From contig CM041465.1 of the NCBI GenBank assembly GCA_023213395.1, forward strand, positions 120,783,741-120,847,740: a DNA stretch of 64,000 nt, in the 5' to 3' direction. Of the stretch, positions 25,185 to 39,900 are shown one piece after another. Within the stretch, counting starts at the first letter, position 1, and the number at the start of each line of letters is the position of its first letter. The notes under the pieces are model-generated. The model had not been told where the DNA came from, made no database searches, and was given only the letters and a program-made list of their open reading frames with translations. The stretch comes from Cycas panzhihuaensis (Eukaryota > Plantae > Cycadophyta). The position numbers and the translations under genes are program-made.

Positions 25185-28100
25185 TGATAGAAGAATTAAT
25201 GATTATTTTATTAATTTATCAACAAATCATTTGTATTATTAAATGCAATGTTGTATATACTTTATGTTGAAAGCTTCATTTGTATAAATAGATTTAGTCA
25301 CAACTTAATGTTGTGAACCTAGTTGTGTGGGTTTGATTTTATTCTTATATATAGTTATTGTAAGTTTGTTTAATCATGCAAGGTTCCAATTGTCACCTTG
25401 CATGATCCAACATTAGTATTCTCATTACATTGTGTAACAACCTCTTTTGTTTTATGTACAAGGCCTTTCATATATCTCTTCGTTATATGATGTACTTCAA
25501 TTTTTGACATGAATGAATGAATGCAAGCTTATTTTGGAGCATTTTGAGATTAATTCTAGTGCTTTCAATTTTGTAATTATTATGAATATTTTAGTAGATG
25601 TATTGAGTCTCAAACCTAGGTTAAAACTAGGTAAACCTTCATCATCCAACTCTTTCTTATGTTCCTTTGGTATAAGTATATATGTTGTACAACCAAAAGT
25701 ATGCAAGTGTGAGACTATAGGTTTTTGACCTAACCAAGCCTCCTTAAGAGTGATATTTAACATAGCCTTGATAGGACTTCTATTTGTAAGATATGTTGAT
25801 GTATGAAGGGCTTCATCCATGAAGTAAAGTCTTAAACTCTTAGCAGCAAGCATGGCTTTGCCTTTGCTGATTGGGATTAAATTCATACATTCAACAACTC
25901 CAATTTGCTAAGGACTATATAGGATAAAAAACTATCATTTGATACTATTATCCTTATAGAATTAGGAGAATTCATTAGATGTGTATTCACCTCCATTATC
26001 ACAAGAAATGATTTTTAGTAGCCTTCTATATTCAAGTTCTATTTCATGCTTAAATTCTTTGAATTTGTCAAAAGCTTCTAATTTTTGCCTTATGAAATAT
26101 GCCCAGGCTTTTCTAGAGTAATCATCAATGAATATGATAAAATAATGACAACCTCTAAAGGATGCCTGAGACATGGGCCCACAGATATCTAAATATACCA
26201 GGCCTAAAGGTTCCTTGATGCATTGGGCTCTCCCATTTGACCTAAAAGGAGCCTTATGGGTGTTTGCCCATTACATAAGACTCATAAATACACTTAGTTT
26301 CATTAATGTTTGATATACCATGTACCATATTCAATCTATAAAGCAAATGAAGGCTACCCATATTTAAGTGACCTATGCATTGATGCCATAATAGGTCTTT
26401 CAGAATCTTAGGAGAAACATATGTCTAAGAAGCAAATTGATCATCTAAATTTGATGTTGAAGTAGAAGGATCGGAAGTTGAAGTTGAATTACTACAAGAA
26501 CCAAATTCATGAGTATGGACTAATAGTCTGGTTACAACATCAAACCCGTAGAGTTTTTTATCTCCGTATCTTAAGGTAATTAAGTTGCCATTCAAATCTA
26601 TAATTAGGTATTTTCTAAGATAGCTAAACAAAACATCTATTTTTTATTTATTTATCTAGATAACTAAAAGTAAGTTGTGTGTCATGCCAGGTATATCAAA
26701 TACATTGTTGAGATGATGAGAAGTGTCTGAATTCTTTAGTGAGATAGGAACATTGCCAATATTGGTAACCTCTAGTATACTATCATCTCTAAAATTGATA
26801 GATTGATCCTTAATCAATATTATATTAAGTAGGAGTTTTCTTGAACCTGTCATATATTGAGAAGCACCCAAATCAATCAACTAGGAGATATTAGAATAAT
26901 GAGATGATAAAGCAGCAAGGAAAAGGTTTTGAGAGTAGGCCATGTGGCCTCCCTACTTGTGATTTCTATTCTATTGGTTCCTTTAAGGAGTATTTTGATT
27001 TTATCTCCTCAATCCTTAGTACTTTGATTGATTCTATCTCTCAAGTTCCTGATAGTTTCCACATCCACAAGTTTGATTATCCCACATAGTAGGGCAATTC
27101 TGAAATTGTTGCTACTGAATATCAACTCTCGTTTTCCTACAATTTAGTATTATGTGTCTAGATTTACCATAATAGTGATAAATAACATGAGAATTATAAG
27201 ATGCTTGCGGTTGATGTGGCTAATATAACTATTAATTAGCTACTAATAAGGTTGTTGGTTCAAATTCATTAAACCAAATTAATATGTCAATTGTGGATAT
27301 TAAGGACTTCTTTTTATGTGTGGCTATAAATGATGGTATGGAAGAGGAATCACCAATTGCTTCTCATGCTCCATAAAATTTCCTCCAATACACATGGCTC
27401 TAATATCAACATTTACTCTTGGTTCACATATGCACCACTTACCTCTACATCTACATCTATACGTACTTCGAAACAGTTGCCCAAATAACAAATGCAAATG
27501 ATCTCTTATACTCCTTCACCACTACAACAAGGAAAGAGACAATCAAAACATAAGTCATCCACTAACGTTACCTTAATGGTAGAAGTATTGTTGGCTCTGA
27601 AACCCTCTACCTTTAAGGAAGTTACTGCAGATTCAAAATGGTAAGTAACAATGACTAAAGAAATGAATTATATCCTATAGAATGATACTGAGGAGCTTGT
27701 TGAGTTATTTGAATGGAAGAAACTGATTAATTATAGATGGATTTACAAAATAAAATTTCATAGACATGGCTCTATTTAGTGACATAAAGCTCGTTTGATT
27801 GCCAAAGGTTTTAAATTGATTGAAGAAATTGACTATGATGACACATTTGTACCAATTGATAACATGGCCATTACTAGGCTTGTTTTGGTACTTACATCTC
27901 AATTTAAATGGTCAATATACCAAATGGATGTAAAAAATACCTTTTTAAATAGTGATTTGAAAGAGGAAATCTATATAAATCAGCCTCTCGACTTTGTTAT
28001 TCGTGGAAAAGAACACCTAGTCTATAAACTTAAAAAGGCATCATATAGTCTTACAAAATTAGCTCGCACTTAGTACATGAAAATTGATAATTATGTTTAG

Positions 28101-29619
28101 AAGCATAGACTCATTTGTTTATCTTCATATTTAAATCTATATATCAAAATCCATAATGGTTTGATCACTCTGGTTGTATTTTATATCAATGATTTATTGA
28201 TAACTAGGAGTGACATAGAGTGGGTTACATATCTCTAGGGAGAACTGAAAAGTAGCTTTGAGATAACTGACATTGAGTTGCTCCACTATTTTCTTGGCAT
28301 AGAAGTCTAGTAGGATTAGTAGGATCTAGGTCATGTTTTCTTTTCACAATCAAAATATATAAAGAAAATTCTTCAAAAATATAATATGGATAAATGTAAA
28401 TGATTACCAACTCCTATGGAGACAAGTCTAAAATTAGATATTAATGAGTGTGGAAAAGCTATGGATCTAATGTTGTATAAACAACTTATGGGAAAACTAA
28501 TTTACCTCACTCATACTCAACCAGACATTACCTGTACCATTGGAATTTATTCTAAGTTCATGACATAGCCCAAAATTTCACATTAGAAAGTAGTAATAAG
28601 GATCCTAAAATATCTTCGACGTACTCTTCAGTTTCGACTTGATTACTATCATGTGGAGAATCCTTTGTTGATAGGTTACATAGATGCATATTGGGTTAGA
28701 TGTAAATATAGTCATAGATTAATCCCATACTACTATTTCAGCCTGGGTTCTGCTTTAGTTTCATGGTCCTACAAAAAGCAACCTAATATCACACTATCTT
28801 TAACTAAAGTTGAGTATAAAGATGTCATTAGTGTAGATGTTGAGGCTATCTAGTTTAGAAGGATTCTTGAAGAGCTTGATATCAGTCAAACACAAGCTAC
28901 ATCATTATTTTATGACAGTCAAAGTGTTCTCAAATTAACTAACAAGCACGTCTTCAATGTCAGAACCAAACACATTAAGGTTCACTATCACTTCATTATG
29001 GAACCTATACAAGATGGTAAGATTAATTTGATCTACAAGCCTACCGAAGAACAAACTACAGATATCTTCATAAAAGAACTCTCTCACAACAAATTCAAAA
29101 GGTTTCAACTTGGCCTCGATGTTAAAATTAATGAACTCATCGTTAAGGGAAGGTGATAGAAGAATTAATAACTATTTCATTAATTCATCAATAAATCATT
29201 GGTGTTATTAAGTATGATATTGTATATACTTTATTTGGGGGCTCTAATTATGTTAATAAGTTTAGTCACAACTTAATATTATGAATCTAATTATGTGGGG
29301 TTGATTTTATCCTCATATGTAATTGCTGTAAGTTTATTTAATCATGCAATGTGTTAATTGTCACCTTGTATCATCCTACGTTAGTATTCTCATTACGTTG
29401 TGTAAAAGCCTCTTTTGTTTCATATACAAGGCTTTTTATATATCTCTTCATTATATGATGTACTTTGATTTTTGATATAAATGAATGAATGCAAGCTTAT
29501 TTTGGAGCATTTTGAGATTAATTCCAATGCTTTCAATTTTGTTATTGTTCTGAATGTTTTGGTGGATGTATTGAGTCTCAAACCTAGGTTGAAACCAAGC
29601 GAATCTTCATCCCTTTTCA
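25185..29619 (+). mobile_element. Ty1/copia H with internally inverted PBS-gag-PR-INT segment
   Basis: Direct LTRs 25185-25644 and 29154-29619, with CTAA on both flanks. RT/RH on plus strand (27560-29140: YQMDVKNTFLN, RTKHIKVHYHFI). INT/PR/knuckle on minus strand (25645-27400). Confidence 0.88.
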
Positions 29620-32600
29620 CTAAGGTCCTTTTGAAGCTAAGTCCACCAATATCTTAGTAGTACTTCTATTTAAAAAATAAATTGTAGTATTTACTACTTC
29701 AATCCAAAATTCATCACCAAGTCCCTTTGCTTTGAGCATGCATCTTGTTATTTTTATAACAATTATTATTTTCTTTTAAACTACTCCATTTTGCTAAGGT
29801 GTATATGGAGTTGTGATTTGTCTTCTTATTCCAACATCATTGCAAAAATATCTTAAATTATTTGAAATGAATTCTTCCCCATTATCTGAATAGAGAATAT
29901 ATATCCACTTTATCTTTCATCCATTACTTTAAATTTAACAAATCTAAAAGATGTTTCTAATATTTCCCTAAGAAAGTATGTCCAAATCTTTCTTGTAAAA
30001 TCATTAACTAAGATCATGAAGGATTTAACATTTCCAAGTGATGATGTTCCATAAGACTATATAAATCAGTATGCATAAATTCTAAAAGATGGTGGGATTA
30101 ATATTGAGTTTTTAAAAAACTATCTCTATGTTGTTTACCATAAATGTAACCTTTGCACACACCATCATTGCTTTAAATGAATGGAATACCTTTAACTATT
30201 TCTTTCTTCGTTAAAGTAATAAGTCCAACATATTGAGATAACCATAGTGATAATGCTAAAGTACACAATTATTAACAATTGAAGCATTCAAGACTTGAGA
30301 TGGTCAACAAAGCACGAGTGTGGAAATTCCATGGGGGATTCACACCTCAAATGTTGATAAATTTTTACATACTAGACTCACTTGAAAATTAATTAACTTA
30401 TCTAAGGAAAAGAAAGTTATACTAAAACTACTATTGTATAATTCAAAAATAGATTAAAATATGAAGTAAAATAATATATATAACAACCAAAGACTTACAA
30501 GATATGAACACTTGAACCTGACTCCATCTTCTAGGTGAGATATCCTCCAAACTACTATCTTTAAGGTTAGAAATATGGCACATCTAAAACTTCTCAAAAT
30601 GCCCAAGAACAAGCTTGAATAGCCTTATAAATAGGTAGGTAGAATGATACCAAAGATTTTGGATAAAAGGGATAGTAGAAGTTGGCCAAAATACTCTTAA
30701 ATTCAATTAGAAAGTGTCATAAATACTGCTAGTTTGAAGTTGGTCAAACTGAAATAACATACATAATAGATTTTAGCCAAACTATAAAAAGGAATGCTAT
30801 AAGTCCCTTCCCTTGAAAACATGGTTTGCCGCAAAGCATGGATAAAGTATGGTGTTGATGGTACCATTCTTCTATCTCACAAGCTACATATTCCTAATTT
30901 AGTATCTTCCAGCTAATGAGATATTCTTGGGATTTTCTGGAGCATAGTCTTTTTGTTTGAATTTGCAGAATTCCCTCTAGTTTATAATGATCTTGCCTTC
31001 ATCGCCAAGTACCTATAATGATGTTTAAGGTATGATATTTTATCCAAATTTTTGTTCAAGACATGATATATGAAAGATGTTATAGATTCGGTTGTTCGAA
31101 GGAAGGTCCAACATGTATGCTACTTCCTCCACCTTATTGATAATTTGATAAGGGCTAAAGAATTATAGTTGTAGTTCATGTTTTTCTAATTATTTATATA
31201 GTTGGATTCTTAAGAAGACCCAATCTCCTCCCATAAAGGCTCTTTCCATTCTATGCAAATATATATGTTGTTTCATTTAGTTCTTGGGTAGGTTGAGGTT
31301 GTCCTTCTACAATTGTATTGTTTGTTCTATTTGATCATATTATTCTTGAATCATCTGTATGCTGGAGATCTTTGATTGTGTGAGGATGGTTATAGGTTCA
31401 AACCCATATAAAGTGTGGAATGGGGTTATTTTTATAGAAGTATAGTACGTGGTGTTGTACCACCATTCAGTGAGTTAGAACCATTTGTACCATTGTCATT
31501 ATTTATTTGACATAAAGTTTTGAAGGTACCTTTTTAGACATTTATTTATAACTTTAATTTATCCATCAATTTGGGGTTAATAGGCCATACTCATGGATAA
31601 TTTTATGCTTGCTAGTTTGAATAGCTCTTACTAGAAGTGGCTAGTGAACTTAAGATTGCAAACGTTGATTATAACTTTTGGAAATCCATGTAGGTGGTAT
31701 ATCTCCTTTACGTAAATCTCAATAATTTGATTGGCTTTTGTTATTGCCTATGTACCCTTAAAATGATCATATTTTACTAATCGATCAACGATAACAAAAA
31801 TGGCATCCTTGCCTTCTGACTTTAGAAATTCAGTTATGAAATCCATCCAAACTTCTTCCTATTTTTGTTCTGGTATATATAGAGGTTAGGAAAGGCTAAG
31901 ACTCTTTATACTTTAGCTTTTGTTCCTTTGGCAAGTATCCCATTAAAAAATAAACTTATGTACATCTACTTTTATCCCCTTCAAAAAAAATTGTTTCGTA
32001 ATTTGTAATATGTTTTATTAATCTCTATGTGTCTGATTATTCATACGACGTGGGCCTCATCTAGTAATTTTGTCCTTAGGGCTGATGATACCAATACAAA
32101 TATTTTCTCTTTTTGTAGGATTAATTTTCCCTAGAGTTCATATTTTCTTGACTCTCTTGGCTTGATCTCCTTTAATAATTTTTTAGAGGCTAGATCATCT
32201 AATACTCATGAGTTAGCTCTTCTACCCAACTAGGAATAGTTACAAAGATGGCTTGTATGGAGACATCCTCATTTTTAGGTTTGAGTATCCTAGATAGTGC
32301 GTGAGCAATAACATTCACTTTACCTATTTTTTATATGATTGTAAAATCAAGGGGGTGGTAGGGTCGGGGTGGGTGGGGGTTCTTGAAAGACTTTGTTATA
32401 TTGATCTATGATGGACTGTATTTCTAGTGGGATGTCCTTAATTATGACTTTATAGTATGTCATTATATATGAGGTACGGTTTTTCTCTAGTATTTTCTAC
32501 ATGTGATGTGATGTCACCAGTTGGGTGGATGGTGTGGGGGGTGCTTATAGCTTGTATTTGTGCCCCTTTTGATAGAAGCTCATGAATCAATTCCTATAGT

Positions 32601-34605
32601 TGATGATAATGTTTCCTAGATTCTATAACTATTATATTCCCAAGATAACATCAACTCCTCCTATTGGCATGGTGAACATACACATAATTGTGGTGTAATT
32701 TGTAATTTGAAGACTCACCCTTGGATTATAACCTATACATATCATGGTTTTACCATTGGTGTTAACAACTTAGAATACAGTAGGGGATTAGATGGGTAAA
32801 CCCAATTTTTTTGTTGTCAGTTTGTTGATGAAATTATATGTGCTACCATTGTTAATCAAGATTGCAATTTTAGCTACCTTGATTGTTCCCTAAAAACGTA
32901 GTGTTTGTGGGTGTTAACTACTTCTATAATTGCTTGTAATGATATTTATATATTTTTTGTATCGGTGTTGAGTATTCTTCAATCTTTCCCTTGTCATGAG
33001 CATTTGATGGTCCTTCCTCAATTTTGTCTACAATATATACATCCTTAGTATTGATCATGAATACCTTCTATAAGGGACATTTATGGTCATGGTTCTATTT
33101 TCTCCTACATTAAAAATGGGTACCTTTCTTAAGATGCTCTACTTTTGATATTGTATTCCCAACAAATCCTTCTTTATTTTCTTTTATAATTGGGGCTTCC
33201 TCTTTTATTCCTGATATGTTCCAGTTTGATTAAAAATTTTGACCCTAGTGGTGGGGAAATTCAATTTAACAAGTATAGTTTTGTCTTCCTTCTTTATACT
33301 TGACTTCCATATTCTTAGCATGGAATATAGTTTCGCTTAAGGTAATTGCTCTAATTATTTTTAGGCAGTATGTGATATTTCCTTTGAATCCTACGATATA
33401 AGCTTAGATGAGTAATTCTTTTGCAAATTTGTGATCAACCAATTTATGTAAAGTTTAAAATTGTTTGGTATAATATTGAATCAAACTGATTTGTTAGAAG
33501 TGCATTAGTTAAGTGAAGTAATCAATATTCCATATGTCTTCATATTGTTCTATAAGGAATTTTTTTAGAAAGATCTAGTTGTCATTCTTTGTTCCTCCAT
33601 AGAATTTCCTCCATTAATGAAACCACTTAAGTGCCTTTCTATGTAAGTGGAGAGATGCCACTAGATTTTTTGTTCCCTACTCGACAATGTGTTTGTTTAG
33701 AAATAAAGTTCCATCTAGATGATCCAACTATAGATGTCCCTTGATTTATTGAGCTTAATTTTTTTAAGAAAAAATTTAGTACCTTCAAGACCCTTTCTTG
33801 GTTTGAACTACCATTCCTCTTGGTTTTTCTTTTGATATTTAACTCTTCCTTCATCCAATATTCTTACCTTATCTTTGAGGTACTATTTCCTCTTTTGGGA
33901 TACCTAGAGCATTTCTTTGATCTTAGTTATAGATTTTTCCATGCAAACTCTATCATTAGTTATGTTGTCTACCCTTCTATTTACATCTTTGATAGTTGTA
34001 TATGGTTGACTTATCATTTTACTAATTATGAGTGTCTTCCCTGATCTTAGCTCCGTTATAAGGAAAAAGGGGAATAAAATGGGCCTGTTTTCTTATTTGG
34101 TTGTTATGTTAATATTTATTGAGCTTGAACTTCTCTGCAAGATGCCTCAATAATGAGGCCCTAATGCCACTTATAGGAATCCCACAGGAATTCATACATT
34201 AAATACTGATAAATTTTTATATGCTAGACTTACTTAAAGGCTAATTAAGCAAGTTATCAAGAGAAAAGAAAGTTATACTAAAACTACTATTGTATAGTTA
34301 AAAAATAGACTAAAATATTAAGTAAGATAATATATATAACTACCAAAGACTTACAAGATAAACACTTGAATTTGGCTCCCTCTTCGAGGCAAGGTATCCT
34401 CTAAATTGTTGCCTTTAAGGCTAGAAATATGGAAGATCCAAAACTCCTTAAGATAACCAAGAACAAGGTCGAATAGACTTATAAATATATAAGTAGAATA
34501 ATACTAGAGATTTTGACTAAGAAGAATAGTAGAAGTCAACCATAATACTCTTAAAAGTCAACTAAAAAGTAACATAAATATTGTTAGTATAAATCCAACT
34601 AGCTG

Positions 34606-36999
34606 TGATCCTCTCTCTCCCTTTCTCTACATAATTATGGCAGAAATGTTGGGAAGAGCCTTGGAGACAACTAGAAGGCAAGGGATTATCAAAGGCATAA
34701 AATTGACATCAGGGGTGGACAATGTAGTCCACTACTAATTCGTGGATGATAATATCTTCTTAAGGAAGGCTACCATTATAGAGGCATCTAAATTCAAGGA
34801 GATCTTGGGATATTTTGAGAGGGCTATGAACCAGAAGATAAGTTTGAACAAGAGTAATGTCTACTTCATAAATACCCTGGGGTGCACCTAAGGTAGGATC
34901 AACAGGATTTTTGGGATGGGTATTAAGAAGCTCCCTTCAACTTACCTCGGTTTGCCTCTCTTCGTAGGTAAGATGACTAAGGAAATGTGGAACCCCCTCA
35001 TCGATAGAATGGCAAGGAAGCTGGCTGGCTAGAAAGGTGCCCTTTTAAGTCTAATGGGGAAGCTCCAGCTAGTGGCTTCTACACTTTAGATCATCTTAGT
35101 CTTCTGGATGTCTATTTTCAGAATGCCGCTTGGAATCTCGGATACTATTGAAACCATCCAAAAGAGATTTCTCTGGTCCGGGGCAGAGAACAAAGACAAG
35201 ATACACTTGGTGAGCTGGAATAAAGTTTGTACTCTGAAATGGGCTAGAGGTCTCAATCTCAAAAGGATTCCATCTTTTAATGTTGCTCTTAGGGCCAAGA
35301 TGGGCCGGTGATTAATCAAAAGGGGAGAGAGACTGTGGGAGAAGATTCTAACACAAAAATATCTTCAAGGTGGCTCGCCGGTTGGCTCAACCATATGGAG
35401 GAGTATCCTCAAAGCCTAGAAAGCTATTAGAGAAGGCCTAAAATGGAGATTGGGAGATGGAAGCTCCATTAGGTTCTGGGAGGATGTGTGGTGTTGTGAT
35501 AAGGCCTTAAAGAAATACCCTGATTTAGTTCCTATCCAGGGCCCCTGTGCTAGGCAATATGGATTACATGTAAAGGATTACTAGACCGGGATTGGAAGAA
35601 ATAGAAGTTCGAGAAACTTTGAGGAATTCTAGGAGGCACAACCTCTATAGGAGGGTCTTTACAAAATCAAAAGGATTTTGGGAAAGAGCTATATCCCTAG
35701 GACGCCTTCCCCAGATTCGGTTGTGTGGCCCTTGAGCCCGCCTGGGGGATATACCACCAAACAGGGGTACCATTACGTATGCCTAGTGAGAGGTGACCAA
35801 AGGAATCCAATATTAGAAGGTGTTTGGCAGCTCCCATTTATCCCCAAGATAGTAGTGTTTTGGTGGATCTATTTTAGGAACAAAATTCTCACCGTAGATA
35901 ATCTCAAAAAGAGAGGTTCCACCTACCTAACAGGTGTATACTTTGCTGCAAAGAAGAGGAATCCATGGATCATATCTTCCTTGGGTGTTCATTCTCAAGG
36001 GAGTTATCGGGGCTGTTGTTGGATAAACTGGAGGTATGCTGGACCTTTTTAGAAAAGGTTGTCGATCTATAGCTTATTTGGCAAAGCCCGTTTAGAAGTA
36101 AAGTCTTAAGCTGTATTTGGAAGAGTGCACTACCGATACTATCGTGGAATATATGGAAGGAAAGAAACAGAAAAATCTTTCAGGGGAAACAGATGGACCA
36201 GCATGCCACCTTCAATAAAATCTGTATGGACATCAGGGAGAATGTTAGAAACATTAAGAAGAAGCACACTAACCTGACTAAGAATAGGATTCTGCTTAAG
36301 TTGGGCATAGAGCCAGTATATGAGGTTGTAAAGGTCAGATGTAGGAGCTCGTTGCCACCAGTGGAGCCCTGGTTAAAAATCAACTTTGACGGTGCTTCAA
36401 AAGGGAACCCCGAAGAAGCTATGGGAGGGGGTATTTGCAGAGATAACAAGGGTACCCCCATTTGGGCCTTCACGGACTATTATGAGCACCAAACAAACCA
36501 CTTTGCAAAAACGTACGCTATGAGCAAAGCTCTTGATTTAGCCCTTAAAGGAGGTATTCATCGACTGGTAATTGAGGGAGACTCAGAGATGGTCATTAAT
36601 TCGCTGAAAGGTGTAGCCCTCCCGGAGTGGAGATTTCAATCCATGATTAATGACGCGAAGGAGAGTATTAAGGGTCTAGAAGAAGTCTATATAAGGCACA
36701 CACTGAGAGAAGGAAATAAAGTTGCTGACTTTTTGGCAAACTGGTGGGTGAGGCAAAAGGAAGGCATCGTGTGGACGCTTGACTTTCCCGAGGATCTTAT
36801 GGCTCTGGTGGAGAAGAAAATGGAGCGAAGCAGCTAGCCATAGGGCTTGTCCTGGCGATGTAGTTCTTATGCCTAGACTGTGGGGATGTCACGGTCATCT
36901 TTGACTTGGAAGCCTAAAGTATATTGATGTACTAGGTTGTGGGATCTTGTTTCAAACCCACTTATAATTTAATTTTATCTTATCAAAAAAAAAAAAAAA
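34606..36999 (+). mobile_element. 5'-truncated L1-type LINE (RT C-terminal part, zf-RVT, RNase H) inserted in the LTR of gypsy I
   Basis: Starts at (QG)DPLSPFLY; FVDDN; YLGLPL; FLWSG; FWEDVWC. Poly(A) at 36985-36999. Degenerate TSD CCAACTAGCTG (34595-34605) / CTAGCCAGCTG (37000-37010). Confidence 0.93.
36193..36837 (+). CDS. LINE ORF2 C-terminal RNase H-like (RVT_3) domain, open fragment
   Basis: WLKINFDGASKGNP, LVIEGDSEMVI, HTLREGNKVADFLAN. The catalytic Glu position reads K (NHFAK). Confidence 0.85.
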   Translation: MDQHATFNKICMDIRENVRNIKKKHTNLTKNRILLKLGIEPVYEVVKVRCRSSLPPVEPWLKINFDGASKGNPEEAMGGGICRDNKGTPIWAFTDYYEHQTNHFAKTYAMSKALDLALKGGIHRLVIEGDSEMVINSLKGVALPEWRFQSMINDAKESIKGLEEVYIRHTLREGNKVADFLANWWVRQKEGIVWTLDFPEDLMALVEKKMERSS

Positions 37000-39900
37000 C
37001 TAGCCAGCTGAGACAACATGCATGATAAATGTCAACTAGACTGAGACAATGTGTATAATAGATATTGGCTAGACTACAAAAAAAAATGCTGCAATGAGTT
37101 TGAACATTCTATCTTGAGTCATTTCACCTTTAGTGATAATCATTTAATTATTACACTAATTTCACATTTACTATTATTAAATACTAAATTATATTGTTAT
37201 TTTATTATTTGACCAACAAATAACATATTCCTTTTTAATCTAGGTATAAGCAAAATATTATTAATATTTTTATTTTCTCCACTATTTATGTGAATTGAAA
37301 TAACACCTTGTCATTGAACGTTTTAAGTATTGTCATTACTAAAAATAGATTTTCATTTCTTAACATCATCCTCAAGCTTTGAAAATAAATCAAATTTGTG
37401 GAATAGCCAAAATTAATATACCATTCATCATTTAAAGATTAAACACTCAAACTTGAATAAAATAAGTTTTTTTTTTTTTTTAATTAGTAATTGTATTTAT
37501 TTAGTTATTTCTCTTCACTTGGCACTCATTTACAAAATGACCATGATTTCCACATACAATTGAGGTACAAAACCTCTTCTTTATCCTCTTTCTTATGGTG
37601 TAAGAGTTTCATTACTTCCACAACCTCACATGGGACTTCTTCCTCTATTTGCTCTGTAGGATCTTCCTCTTGAACTTGAGGTATTTTCTATATTTTCTTA
37701 TTAAAAGTTTTCTTGAAAATTTACTTAAACTTTTGGTCTCCTAAATCTCTTCCTTGAGCTTGTATTTGAGCCAAAAACTTGTTCCAAATTCTCATTTGAA
37801 GTTTTGTTTCTTTTCTTTACTGTAAGTAACATTGCTAACAATACATCAATATTCAATATAGATAAATCTTTAAAGACCTCTGTGGTAGTAGTTACATTTT
37901 TAAACTTTTTTATTTCACCAGTACTCCTTAAAATTTTCTCTACAATTCTTTGCTTAGTAACTTCTTCACCTAAGGATCTCATTTCATTCACCAAATCTTG
38001 AATTCTAGTAATGAAATTATTCGTAAATTTTTAAGCATGAATTATAAGATTTTTAAAATTTTTTCTTTGATTTTGTCACTTTACACCAGTAGGACCTTCG
38101 AATGTAGGTTTTAAAATATTTTATACTTCATCAAAAGTGTTAATATCATGTGCACGTTAAAATATAGGATCATCCACAACAAAAAAAGATAATAGAAAGA
38201 GATTCATTATCCATCTTTTTTAGTTCTTTATTTTCCTTTTCTTGATTAGGAGATAATTGAGTAATAGGAGAAATAGAAACATGAACTTTATAACTCATAA
38301 GTAAATAAAACATGTTTCATTCTCCTTAACCACATCAAATAATTTTTCCCATCAAACTTGGGAACCACCAAATTTGTTACTAGAGAGGAAGTTATACTTG
38401 TAAATGTAAATCAACCACAAGTACATAAATCAAGCATGAACAAAGCAACTAAGCATACAAATCCATTAAACTGGAGATATCAACCATGTCCCTTAAATTT
38501 GAAACCACTTTCTACCTCCTTGTCTTTAAAACATGACCAAAATATTAAATATAAATATTTTTATTAATTATCTTTATATCAAGACACTAGAGTTTAATAG
38601 ACTTCCCTTAAAGTCAAAAAAGAGGTAGAAATAATGTTTATTTAAATGCAAAATTAAAAAATTTTAGTTGCCATGTAGGATTCTAGCATAAAGTATTCAT
38701 TTTGAACTAAAATTTCTTTATCAAAACGACTTCAAAGTACTTAAAACCATAGTTCAAAATGACATGCCCTGAGTTAAGATTTCAATGGTTTAAATTGTTC
38801 AAAAAACTTTTAGATCAAAAGATATTAATGAAAATACAAAGGTACCTTATTATAAAAATAAAGCAAGAGTGACCTAAAGTTTTAGTGCCTTTCACTAGCT
38901 AGTCATTGGTTGTATAAACACTACATATGACCTATCGCTAAACTAAAGGGGGTTAATGATTGGGCTTCAAAAGATATGAAATATAACTAAATGAATATAA
39001 AAATTTATTTAAAAAATTATACTAAGTCAAATTTCCCTTGTCAAACTTGGTGTAGGGCATAATCAATGGCAAATTTAGCAATAAGGAATTTGATTGCAAG
39101 GATCAAATCTTCTACAAAATAATCATAATTCTTTAGTGATCTTGTACTCAAGACTAAGCAATTGAAAAATATGGTAAATATAATCAAATAGATTGATTAT
39201 AATATATCAAAAAATTGATTTATATAATAATTAATATGCAACTTCATTGAGTATCACTTGATCCAATAATGCAATATAGGTAGGTACAATATCTTTACTA
39301 AGTAGAGTATTAATAGAGGCAATGACCAACGGTATAATCACACACAACTAGAGTTGCAACCACACAAAGAATAGTTTGCCTGGGTAATAGGACAATAATC
39401 TTTAACAAGTTAGGTGATGGCATTAACAAACTATAAATATATTAAAGACACAGAGAAGCATATAATGGCAGCTTGGATAGTACAATGCTAAGGACAAAGG
39501 ACACCACACTTCAGATACAATAGCACATTATATATGTATATAAGAGATGGTTAGGGCAGTAGAAAGCAATTCACAATCACAAATAGGTAACTACCAATAT
39601 AAGTAAACAAGCACAAAGCCATGTGTAACATGAAGGTACACAATCAACCCTCAAACCCTACGAACAAATAACATAATGACAATTTGGCAATGATCAAAAC
39701 CCTAAACAACAAATAGATGGAAGCATGGATCTGATTCCATATTAGAAATAATAAACATCCAGAATCAAAATAATTTTTTTCATTAATAATTCACATGCTA
39801 TAATACATATAAATAGTCATTATATAGGTGTTGTACACCAATTACAATGCATTAATAAGTCAACCAATAAATTATTTTGACACATGCACCATTATGCATT

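Larger units (their letters stand above)
30319..37093 (-). mobile_element. Non-autonomous chromoviral Ty3/gypsy I (gag-PR-INT-chromodomain; RT and most of RNase H absent)
   Basis: LTRs 30319-30801 and 34172-37093 (the latter split by a LINE). TSD ACGAG/ATGAG. Degenerate PBS at 34158-34169; PPT at ~30803. [28 protein letters not shown]; protease ILINNGSTYNFI. Confidence 0.88.
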
